Shown: piece after piece, positions 18,403 to 27,142 of the stretch
Numbering within the stretch: the first letter of the stretch is position 1
How the letters are laid out: each line of letters starts with the position of its first letter
From: Acidilobaceae archaeon
GTDB lineage: Archaea > Thermoproteota > Thermoprotei_A > Sulfolobales > Acidilobaceae
Assembly (NCBI GenBank): GCA_027043945.1
Contig: JALUDS010000087.1
Coordinates: 16,424 to 80,423, forward strand
DNA: 64,000 nt
Direction: 5' to 3'
The notes under the pieces: model-generated
The model's database searches: none
Told to the model about the DNA's origin: nothing
The model's input: only the letters and a program-made list of their open reading frames with translations
Made by a program: the position numbers and the translations under genes

Positions 18403-18441
18403 ACCTATTATATTTTAATGGTTGGTGTGCACGGTGAAACT

Positions 18442-19191
18442 ATGTATATCGAAATAAAAAATCTAACAGTGAAATATAAGGACATAACAGCATTAGAGAT
18501 CATAGATTTAAGAATAGAAGGACCAGGACTAATACAAGTACTAGGTCCAAACGGAGCAGGCAAAAGCACGCTCCTCCGATCAATAGCGGGCCTCGTGAAA
18601 CCCCAGAAAGGATGCGTTTGTATAAACGGAAAAGATACGACGGCAAACCCTCGATTGGCAGGACGCAGTATCGGGTATGTTGCACAGAAACCTGAAGTCT
18701 CCAAGTATTCAACAATAACAGTTAGAGAATTCCTATGCTACTCATATATGATAAGAAGACAAAGATGGCCTAGGCCTCCCTGTCGAAAACTTCTATTCAA
18801 TAATGAACTAGTTATACATGAGGATATCTTGGATAGGAAATTAACAGAGCTCAGCGGAGGCCAATTAATGAAAACCTACATTGCAAGAAGCCTTATGTCT
18901 GCTCCCAGTATCCTTCTACTTGACGAGCCTTTGGGTCCTATGGATCCGGCTAGTAAACTCGAGTTTGCAGATATTATAAACATGCTTTCCAAGGAAAGAT
19001 TGGTGCTAGTAACGAGCCATGATCCAATTATTCTCCTTGAATACACGGATAGGATACTTCTCTTAAACAAGAGAGTAATCGCGTTTGGTTCACCAAGCGA
19101 GGTGTTACGGGAGGAGATTCTTTCTAAGGCGTATGGTAGGGGCTTTAGAGAAGTTGAGTATCACGTACACCTATTTGACTCGCACTATTAG
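18442..19191 (+). CDS. metal ABC transporter ATP-binding protein (ZnuC/TroB-like)
   Basis: Walker A GPNGAGKST, signature LSGGQ, Walker B ILLLDEP, H-loop SHD. Start taken at the first ATG (MYIEIKNL). Confidence 0.85.
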   Translation: MYIEIKNLTVKYKDITALEIIDLRIEGPGLIQVLGPNGAGKSTLLRSIAGLVKPQKGCVCINGKDTTANPRLAGRSIGYVAQKPEVSKYSTITVREFLCYSYMIRRQRWPRPPCRKLLFNNELVIHEDILDRKLTELSGGQLMKTYIARSLMSAPSILLLDEPLGPMDPASKLEFADIINMLSKERLVLVTSHDPIILLEYTDRILLLNKRVIAFGSPSEVLREEILSKAYGRGFREVEYHVHLFDSHY

Positions 19192-19203
19192 GAGGAATGA
19201 AAA

Positions 19204-20082
19204 ATGAGAAGTTCACTTAGCTATAGAATAGCGATTTTCATTACAGTAATTAGTGTAATACTAAGCATAGCATACATTATCGGTAACTCGTATCCTATTG
19301 AATGGTTCTTCACCATCGTCATGTCAAGCACAGCAATGGGAAGCCTAAGTATACTCATTTATACTCGTAGGCTAAGATATCTTGCAGCATCTTCTCCCCA
19401 CGCAGCATTTCTAGCTGCAGGACTAGGTATCGTTGCTTCTGTATCGATTGGAGGTAATTGGTTCTTATGGACGATAATGATAGGTATGGTACTTGTATAC
19501 GTTGCTGGATACATGATCTATAAGGGTGTGGATCCAGAAGATTCGGCAAGTATATTCGTGGCGTTTAGTAGTTCAATGGGAGCGTTAGTCCTATACTATG
19601 TTTTGACGAGGTATTCATATGGAGTTAGCGTGGTCTCTATAGTTATCGGTGATCCTCTTCTCTCGTCCTTGGAGATTGTGGCCTACTCGATAGTAATAGG
19701 ATTGTTATCGGTCATATACGTGTACTCTGTGGGCCGCGAGATAATATACATTGGGTCAGACATAGATGATGCTAGGCTAGCTGGATTGAAAATCTGGCTG
19801 TACGACTGGTCCTTGTATACTATGATAGGTTTAACGACTATAGGTCTGGTAAAGAGTGTAGGATTCGTTATAGAACACGTCTACCTACTACTCCCAGGAG
19901 CTATTGCGGCAATGATGTGTAGAGGCGTAGCACGGTCTATTACCTTTTCTATACTTGTGTCGATACTTTCCGCTAGTATTGGCCTGCTAATATCTATATC
20001 GCTAGATCTGGCTCCGTCAGCGGTCTCCGGAGGGATTTTAATAATACTATTTGTAATATCTGCGATAATGAAAGGGCGATGA
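19204..20082 (+). CDS. metal ABC transporter permease (ABC-3 family, ZnuB/TroC-like)
   Basis: 292-aa protein with 8-9 TM segments, immediately after the ATPase. Has the ABC-3 size and hydropathy pattern. Confidence 0.75.
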   Translation: MRSSLSYRIAIFITVISVILSIAYIIGNSYPIEWFFTIVMSSTAMGSLSILIYTRRLRYLAASSPHAAFLAAGLGIVASVSIGGNWFLWTIMIGMVLVYVAGYMIYKGVDPEDSASIFVAFSSSMGALVLYYVLTRYSYGVSVVSIVIGDPLLSSLEIVAYSIVIGLLSVIYVYSVGREIIYIGSDIDDARLAGLKIWLYDWSLYTMIGLTTIGLVKSVGFVIEHVYLLLPGAIAAMMCRGVARSITFSILVSILSASIGLLISISLDLAPSAVSGGILIILFVISAIMKGR

Positions 20083-20088
20083 GTCAAG

Positions 20089-20487
20089 ATGAAAGAGAGA
20101 ACAGGTAAGAGGAGGTTTGGTGTTAGCATCAGTGAAGACGTTGCTGGGGATCTGGATACACTTGCCAGAATGTTAGGAGTTGACAGGAGTAGAATAATCG
20201 AGGAAGCCGTGAGAAGTTATCTCGAGGATCATAGGCATCTGATGGTTGATCATAGATGTAGTGGGATAATAGTGGCACTATGTAGTAATAATGTTGAAGT
20301 AGCAAGTATCGTGAGGTCTCATAAGGAGATAATACACGGATACATGCACATGCACCTTGACGGTTACTGTCTCGACTTAATTATTGTCAATGGTGAAAGT
20401 AGAAGCATTGCATCGCTCTATGGCGATCTAAAGAAAATAGGATGCAGAGTAAGATATCTACCTGTTTTTGAGGCATATCACGGTTGA
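20089..20487 (+). CDS. nikR: NikR-family ribbon-helix-helix metal-responsive regulator
   Basis: N-terminal RHH (RRFGVSISEDVAGDLDTLA...EEAVRSYL). C-terminal ACT-like metal-binding domain with HMHLDGYCLDLIIVNG. Starts 6 nt after the permease stop. Confidence 0.8.
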   Translation: MKERTGKRRFGVSISEDVAGDLDTLARMLGVDRSRIIEEAVRSYLEDHRHLMVDHRCSGIIVALCSNNVEVASIVRSHKEIIHGYMHMHLDGYCLDLIIVNGESRSIASLYGDLKKIGCRVRYLPVFEAYHG

Positions 20488-20536
20488 CACCTTATAGGAT
20501 TAACCTTAGGACTCTCTGGTAGGTGGGACAAAGACG

Positions 20537-21631
20537 TTGCAGCACAATACATTGGCGTCATCTTCGCTAGTTGCTCTATCAATGACGATATGGGCACTGA
20601 TAGAGATAGCCTTCATTGAAGATTATGCGTCTGATCCTGGAATAGCAATAGTCGTGGCTTTAGCATGGGGAGTCGGCTATGTTATGGGCTTTAGAATTGG
20701 AGGGAAGCTCGTATCAGATGAAACTAGGTGGAGAATTCCCTTCCTACTAGTCTCTTTTATTTCTCTTGCTATGATCGAATTTTTTAACAATGGGTTTTCA
20801 GTAGAGTTCTGGTCAGGTATAATGGTTTATTTCATAGCGTCATTACAATTAGGATTAGTGGTATCTAGTCTTACAACTATTCTCATTAATTTAACAGACT
20901 ATGAGTCGTGGCCAAAAACTATATTCAGTCTGCGAGGACTATCTAGCTTGTTATACATCATATTTACACTTGCGATAAGCTATGCCTCAATATATGGGAT
21001 AATAAGTCTAGCAACAGCGATTAAACTGGTACTCGTATCTACGGGAATAGCATCACTAGCAATTTTCTTTAGAATAAGAAGACCAGCCATTAGAGAAAGT
21101 CTTCTAAAGAACCTAGAGAAGTTCGCTGACGCCGCCGCTTTCGGGGACGGATACCTCATTATTCAGGGACGACAGTTAATGGTATTGGCGTATCTAACTT
21201 CGTTAGTAGGAATTCTACGAGTCCTAGCACTTCAAGAATCGGGTCTAGAACTTAGTCCTGTCACGATAACTCTCTACGGATTATTCTATAGTCTTGGAGC
21301 AGCGGTAGGTGTTCTCGCTTATAGTCCTCCACTTATAATCTTATCTGTTGTGGGCGCGGGTATGCTTTCTCTACTCACTAATGGCTTTGTAGAGCTTTCA
21401 TTTCTGCTTATATCGGCTGGGCTGGCTGAAGTGGGATTAATGAGGTTGATATTGGAGTCTGAGCCGACGAGACTTGGCAGGGTCATGGGTTTCATTACGA
21501 TAACGATGGTCGTTATTACGTCCCTAGTAGTCGTTATTCATAATTATCTTGGCTTGGATTACGAGTATGTTATAGTATTCTTGTTCTTGTTGGCTCCATT
21601 TGTCTCTAAGAGGAGTCCTTCGTGGTACTAG
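20537..21631 (+). CDS. hypothetical polytopic membrane protein (transporter-like, about 11 TM)
   Basis: Continuous hydrophobic helices. No signature recognised. Start is ambiguous (TTG 20537 or ATG 20582). Confidence 0.5.
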   Translation: MQHNTLASSSLVALSMTIWALIEIAFIEDYASDPGIAIVVALAWGVGYVMGFRIGGKLVSDETRWRIPFLLVSFISLAMIEFFNNGFSVEFWSGIMVYFIASLQLGLVVSSLTTILINLTDYESWPKTIFSLRGLSSLLYIIFTLAISYASIYGIISLATAIKLVLVSTGIASLAIFFRIRRPAIRESLLKNLEKFADAAAFGDGYLIIQGRQLMVLAYLTSLVGILRVLALQESGLELSPVTITLYGLFYSLGAAVGVLAYSPPLIILSVVGAGMLSLLTNGFVELSFLLISAGLAEVGLMRLILESEPTRLGRVMGFITITMVVITSLVVVIHNYLGLDYEYVIVFLFLLAPFVSKRSPSWY

Positions 21632-21747
21632 GCATGAGGGCTCGTTCAAGGGGAATGGTCATCACTCTTTTATTCAGTCGACCGTCGTCTCTTCATTGCC
21701 CATTGAATGAGATATATTTGCCGAAGAATATTATAGTATACTATCCG

Positions 21748-22779
21748 TTATGGGCCTTGATTGAATCCTATTAGCTCATTGAGTTCTTCTAGTCGCGTCC
21801 TGTACTTATTCCATGTTGATGGGTCACTTGAAGTAACCGGTTGAGGTCCTTGTGGGTATCCTTGGAGTCCTAGAAGATACCATTGAAGACCGTTTGATAG
21901 ACCTAATCCGTAACCTCCTTCTAGGACTGTGATTATTCTGTCGGAGTATTTTGATAGTGTTTTTCCTAGTAAGTAAAATGTATATTCAGAGTATCTTAAG
22001 GAGACGAACTGATTATCGTTTATGTATCCGTCGAATCCAGCGCTCACAACAATATACTCGGGTTCATAGTCCGCTATGATCTGGTCAACGATAGAAATAG
22101 CGTGTTCTAGTAAGTCGTCTCCTGCACGCGGAGGGATATTGATATTTATCTTGGTTCCAGGTCTACCTCCAATATCTCTGGGATGACCTGTCCCAGGATA
22201 TATTGTTGAAGCGTCTTGGTGGATATCTATGTGGATTATATCCTTTTCCCATAGTATTTCTTGGGTTCCATTCCCGTGATGGGCATCGAAGTCAAAAACG
22301 AGCGTCTTCCCGAGCCTATGCAATAGGACTGCTAGTAAAGCAGATGTATTGAATATACAGAATCCTAGTGTAGGAGCTCCAAGCCCTGTTCCACTATATC
22401 CTGCATGGTGGCCGGGTGGTCTTCCAAGTATTAAGATAGGTCCTTTACCATCGTGTAACATGTCTAGAGAGGATTCGACAGCTCCAGCTAATCGTTTCAA
22501 GGCTTTAATCGTTCCAGGCGATACATAGGTATCGGGATCGATCCATACTACGCTATCGCTATTCAGTATTCTTTCTACTATCATATTATAGTAGGCGTAG
22601 GAGTGGGCGTTAAGATATATCTTGGTGTCTCCTATAGGGGGCTCTACTATATGTATATTTTCTAAGTGTTGAATGCTATTCAATGCTAAAACTAGTCTAT
22701 TTGGATTTTCAGGGTGATGATATGGAGCTGGGTCATGTTTCTTAAAGTCGTCAGAGTAATATACCGTGATAGTCTTCAT
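21748..22779 (-). CDS. histone deacetylase-family enzyme (AcuC / acetylpolyamine amidohydrolase-like)
   Basis: RPPGHHA, FDFDAHHGNGTQ and EGGY motifs. Start taken at MKTITVYY. Confidence 0.85.
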   Translation of the reverse strand: MKTITVYYSDDFKKHDPAPYHHPENPNRLVLALNSIQHLENIHIVEPPIGDTKIYLNAHSYAYYNMIVERILNSDSVVWIDPDTYVSPGTIKALKRLAGAVESSLDMLHDGKGPILILGRPPGHHAGYSGTGLGAPTLGFCIFNTSALLAVLLHRLGKTLVFDFDAHHGNGTQEILWEKDIIHIDIHQDASTIYPGTGHPRDIGGRPGTKININIPPRAGDDLLEHAISIVDQIIADYEPEYIVVSAGFDGYINDNQFVSLRYSEYTFYLLGKTLSKYSDRIITVLEGGYGLGLSNGLQWYLLGLQGYPQGPQPVTSSDPSTWNKYRTRLEELNELIGFNQGP

Positions 22780-22971
22780 TTCTGTATCCCTCCATTTGCA
22801 GGGGATTAGGAGTAGGGTGTCAGCGATGCGGGGCTGGGTCATAGCCTTGTATTCCGGCTCCCTTCAGGGATTCTTCGTCATCCATACTCTAGGAGATGAT
22901 TTTGTAAGGTATAAAGATTCTCTGAAAGTTATAGGAGAAATAAAAGTATGAAAGTTGATTAAGTAGAAAAT

Positions 22972-24024
22972 CTATATGTATCTTGTGTGTTTGTTGTTTT
23001 CGCCGCCGAACTCTGGTTCGTTGTATTTTTCGATTAGTGCATTGCACAGCATTATGTGCTCGGCTATCTCTATGATTCTTGCTATCTCCATTATCTTTGC
23101 GACGAAATACGCGAATGCAGGAGATGAATTCGTTATTATTTCGTCTAGGTCTCCCTCCATGCTTAGTATGTCTCTGACTTTGTAATATGATTCTTCTGAT
23201 TTCCTGACGCTTGGAGGCCTTATGGAGAATACGGTTGTTGAGAGTGCTACTTCGAGGAGTTGTAGTAGGAAGGATAGTCTTTCTTTCTCGTCTTCCGAGA
23301 GTCGTGAGGCCATTGAGATTAGGTCGAGTCCGAGCTTGTAAGCTGAATCGGCTACGATGCCTATTAGATTGCTTGCTGATACCATGTAGCGGCATTTTCT
23401 TTCATGTGCTTTGTTATAGGATTTCACGCTATTCGCGGTTCTGAGAAGCATATAGTTTATCTTCATGAGGTGTTTGTATTTTCCTTCGAGTTCTTCACGT
23501 GTTAGTGGTCTGCTACCCTTCAAGAATTCGATATAGTCGGCGTAGAGCCTTGATATTAGTCTACCATATTCGACTAGTTTGTCTATTAGTGTAGCTTCTT
23601 TCCCTATATGTTTCATTTTGACGTGGACTTTGTTGAAGTCTTCTTCGATATTGATGTCTGGGAGAAGTTCTTCCATGGATTTTAGCTTCTGGATATATTC
23701 TTTTTTGAGCGTCTTCTGTGAGTAAAACGTGACTTCGTCGAAACCGAACACATATGAGCATAAGATTAGTCTCTTAGCATGCCTCTCTACATGGGTATGT
23801 CCTAAGTTGAACTTTAGTCTGATTTTATAGCTTTCATCGTTAGGGGCTATAACTAGTTTATCGCCTTCATCATAAAGCGTGAGTATGTCCCCGACCTTTA
23901 TTCCGTGTCTACGGGCCCACTCTTTTGGAAGCGTCACTATTAGTGAGGAAGCGCCAAGTCTCTGGATTTTCCTGTGTAGAAGATTCGAGCCGTTTTTTGA
24001 GTTCTTTGATCTCACATTATGCAC
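22972..24024 (-). CDS. AbrB/SpoVT-domain protein fused to PhoU-like helical repeats (putative phosphate-uptake-type regulator)
   Basis: N-terminal LGASSLIVTLPKEWARRHGIKVGDILTL swapped-hairpin motif. The remainder is all-helical with PhoU-like length and periodicity. Confidence 0.65.
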   Translation of the reverse strand: MHNVRSKNSKNGSNLLHRKIQRLGASSLIVTLPKEWARRHGIKVGDILTLYDEGDKLVIAPNDESYKIRLKFNLGHTHVERHAKRLILCSYVFGFDEVTFYSQKTLKKEYIQKLKSMEELLPDINIEEDFNKVHVKMKHIGKEATLIDKLVEYGRLISRLYADYIEFLKGSRPLTREELEGKYKHLMKINYMLLRTANSVKSYNKAHERKCRYMVSASNLIGIVADSAYKLGLDLISMASRLSEDEKERLSFLLQLLEVALSTTVFSIRPPSVRKSEESYYKVRDILSMEGDLDEIITNSSPAFAYFVAKIMEIARIIEIAEHIMLCNALIEKYNEPEFGGENNKHTRYI

Positions 24025-24369
24025 CCCGAAGGGATTCCAATATAGAGAAATATGAGTATATGACTAAAAAATATTCCCCTTTAAAAAGAGGGATTTAGAT
24101 GCTAGCATATACTTGGCGTATTTTGAGTATTCGAAGTCTTTGTAATACGATATTATTAAAATTTCGATGATGCACATGGATATATGTGTTTTTATCTAGA
24201 CAGATTGTATAATAAGGTAAGTCTATTTAGCCCAGCTAGATCTGAGAAACAGGTATTAGCGTAGGAAACCGATACACCACAAACACTACGTAAATAATGT
24301 TTTAAACCTGTGTCTCGTATTCATAACTAAATTAGAATAGGATTAACAAAGTAAAAGAGGTGGACAGGT

Positions 24370-24882
24370 ATGGGCTTAGAGGAGCTAGAAAACAGAACAT
24401 ATAAGCTAGTACTAAGAAAAACGGCTAGAGGCCCGGTAATACAGTTCAGAAGTGCTACACCAGAAAGAAGAGAGTCGACATTAATCAGGATAGGAGGACA
24501 AAAAGCTAAAGAAATATTCGAGACAATGGTAGAAGTATTGAAGAAATACGAGTATATAATAGAAGAAGGAGGTTCAGAGAATTACAAATACTTCAAGCTG
24601 AGGAAAGACATAGGTCCTGTAGTAGGTGGATTCCTAGTACTTCTTCGTAGGAGTAGGAACCCCGAGAAGTGGATTCCATTGTTTGAGGGATTCATAACAG
24701 AGGATCCATATAAAGGAGCCCATGTACTACTAAGCCATGTACTATCGGTTTCAATAGCGCTAAGCAAGGTATATCCACCGCCAGAAAGAGTGAGGATGCA
24801 ACTCTCCCCTAAGGTCGTCGACAGCGTAAGTGCCGGGTTTAAATCCACAGTAAAGAAACTCTGGAACCTTGGAGAAGACTAA
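24370..24882 (+). CDS. hypothetical protein
   Basis: 170-aa ORF on the purine-rich strand, with GAGGTGG 8 nt upstream of the ATG. No family recognised. Confidence 0.5.
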   Translation: MGLEELENRTYKLVLRKTARGPVIQFRSATPERRESTLIRIGGQKAKEIFETMVEVLKKYEYIIEEGGSENYKYFKLRKDIGPVVGGFLVLLRRSRNPEKWIPLFEGFITEDPYKGAHVLLSHVLSVSIALSKVYPPPERVRMQLSPKVVDSVSAGFKSTVKKLWNLGED

Positions 24883-24956
24883 ACAGTCTGTGATCAATGC
24901 CAACACTATAATTTTCCTTTAATTTATTCTTTAAAGAATACATGGATTGAGAGTAG

Positions 24957-25646
24957 TCATACGGTTTCTATTATAAATTTATAGTGTTTGAGCCGGTCTA
25001 GTAGTTTCTTTATATATGTACAACTGGGCAAGGTGATGGGTACGTCTTCTATAAGTGTCACAGTGGCATTGTTTGCGAATGCGATCGAGTTAAGTAGTGC
25101 AAGAAATGCGTCGAACTCGTCTCCTCTTAGCATTATAGTTTGTTCGGGATAGATATGGCAGACTCTCTTTATCGTGCCTGGATGCGTCTCTAATGCTATG
25201 ACTACGGCCTCGTAGAGTTGCCAGCATAGCGAGTTTCCTATCTTTGTCAGTTTATGCATGCCTTTGAGACCACCTGGAAGGAGTCCTATCCTAGTGCACT
25301 TCATTAGGGTTCGTTCCACTCGTCGGAATCCTCTATATGGTGTGCAGAGAGGTGCGTCTATGCTTATCAAGTTGATCGAGTGTTTCTTGATAAGATTAGT
25401 GATCTTGTAGATGTTTTTAGAAATGTAGATATGGATGGTGTCTTCCCATAGTATTGCTAGAGAGTTTTCTCCTTTCCCGGCTGATAGGTCTAGGCCTGCT
25501 ACATTGGGGGTCTTTGATCGTCGTGTACTCTGGTATGTTATAGCGATCTTATACGCTTGATTAGGGCAGTGGCAAGAATAGGCATTATTATCGTTGCGTC
25601 TCCATATACTACTGTTTTCCTTGACTCGGGCTTTATCTTGCCCCAT
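24957..25646 (-). CDS. DUF429-like predicted RNase H-fold nuclease
   Basis: VAGLDLSAGKG near the N-terminus and SIDAPL motif. The only in-frame ATG/GTG/TTG upstream of the conserved N-terminus is at 25646, 109 nt inside the DHS gene. Confidence 0.5.
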   Translation of the reverse strand: MGQDKARVKENSSIWRRNDNNAYSCHCPNQAYKIAITYQSTRRSKTPNVAGLDLSAGKGENSLAILWEDTIHIYISKNIYKITNLIKKHSINLISIDAPLCTPYRGFRRVERTLMKCTRIGLLPGGLKGMHKLTKIGNSLCWQLYEAVVIALETHPGTIKRVCHIYPEQTIMLRGDEFDAFLALLNSIAFANNATVTLIEDVPITLPSCTYIKKLLDRLKHYKFIIETV

Positions 25647-26479
25647 GATATCGCCTCTCGTGGATGGGCTCCGCTTAGGCTGCCATCGTATTCACATGCA
25701 GTAGTAACATAGACTGTATAGTCTAGGCCTTCTCTGAACTGGCTCCACCATATTGCATGGTGCTTGCTTATACCTCCACCTATTATTAATGCTGTAGCTG
25801 TGCCCTTCATAGACGTAAAGAATAGATCTGATAGCTTTTTCATATCGATGAAATAGTCTATCACGAGATCCCTCCCGGTTCTCTGCACCTCCATGAATAG
25901 CGACGTGCCAAATGCACCGTCTGGCCATCCCGGTACAAAAACAAGTGCGTCTGCTTCATATGCTGCTTTGAGGAAGCTGTTTTGGTCGTTGATGTGTTTG
26001 CCTGCTTCGTATAGTAGTTCGTGTATTCCCCATTTCTTCTTGTCCTCGGGCAGATGTTCTAGTAGTCGTCTCACGAATCCTTCGACTTTGGGCCCATATG
26101 ATTCTATGGGGATGAATATGTTTCCTAGCCTATGATATCCTTCTTCGTAGAGCTTAGTATCATCGGCTTCGAAGAATCCTTTGAGATATGAGCCTCCTTC
26201 TGCTCTGGCTATGTCGTGATCTAGTGCACCCGTGGTTGTAATTATTACGTTGAATAGTTTTCTTCTGATTAGTTCTGTGAATACTCCTCGGAGGCCTGTG
26301 GATACTAGGTTTCCCGTGAATGTAAGGATTCTTAGCTGTGAGGATGGTAGGGCTTTCGAGAGTATTTCTATTGCAGTGGCTAGATGTCCTGCCATGAAAC
26401 CGTGGATATCGCTATAGGAGGCTAGGAGGTCTTCTAGTGTCTTGTCTTCTGAGGGGATATAGTCCTTTATTTTTTCCAT
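25538..26479 (-). CDS. dys: deoxyhypusine synthase
   Basis: Characteristic TGNLVSTGLRG, IITTTGALDHDI, GGGISKHH and WGK segments. 313 aa. Confidence 0.9.
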   Translation of the reverse strand: MEKIKDYIPSEDKTLEDLLASYSDIHGFMAGHLATAIEILSKALPSSQLRILTFTGNLVSTGLRGVFTELIRRKLFNVIITTTGALDHDIARAEGGSYLKGFFEADDTKLYEEGYHRLGNIFIPIESYGPKVEGFVRRLLEHLPEDKKKWGIHELLYEAGKHINDQNSFLKAAYEADALVFVPGWPDGAFGTSLFMEVQRTGRDLVIDYFIDMKKLSDLFFTSMKGTATALIIGGGISKHHAIWWSQFREGLDYTVYVTTACEYDGSLSGAHPREAISWGKIKPESRKTVVYGDATIIMPILATALIKRIRSL

Positions 26480-26628
26480 TCGGGGTCACCGCAGTGTTTA
26501 TGTGTGGCTAGAGATTTATTATTCTCGGAAGGGGGAGAGTCTCTGTTATTTATTCTAATAATAATTTAAAAAAACATTAGTTCTAACCACAATACTCCCA
26601 TAACGAAGACAAAAGAGAGGTCGAGAGA

Positions 26629-27063
26629 ATGCCGAGAGCACGGCTGAAGAGGAAAGGTCTCTCCCCACTAGTCGCTACAGTAGTATTAATAAGCGCAACA
26701 ATAGTAGGCGGAATGCTCGTCTACCAATACTTCCAGAACAGCATCAACAAGGCACAGAACATGGCCGAAGGCCTCACTATAACAGCAGACCTAATACAAC
26801 TAGACAACGGACAAAGCCTAGTATATGTAACCGTCTCCAACGGATACGATACAGAGATACAAGTAACCGGGGCTAAAGCAGTATATCCCAATGGAACAAT
26901 ATCAACGATAACTCCAACTCAAGACACCACGCTTCCAGCCTCGATACCCTCGGGGGAAAAGAACACATTCCTATTCACATCGCCCACGGCGCCAGATGCA
27001 GTAATAGTACAATATACGGTAAACGGACAACAATACCAGACAGAACCCATAACAATAGGATAA
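26629..27063 (+). CDS. archaeal type IV pilin-like protein (class III signal peptide, DUF361-type)
   Basis: KRKG|LSPLVATVVLISATIVGG prepilin-peptidase-type signal, followed by a beta-rich Thr-rich domain. T-run after the stop. Confidence 0.75.
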   Translation: MPRARLKRKGLSPLVATVVLISATIVGGMLVYQYFQNSINKAQNMAEGLTITADLIQLDNGQSLVYVTVSNGYDTEIQVTGAKAVYPNGTISTITPTQDTTLPASIPSGEKNTFLFTSPTAPDAVIVQYTVNGQQYQTEPITIG

Positions 27064-27142
27064 CAAAATAAACTAGAAGACAATATTTTTCCCGGATAAG
27101 TCCAACTCTAATCACTCATTTCTCTTATTGAGGGATAACGAA

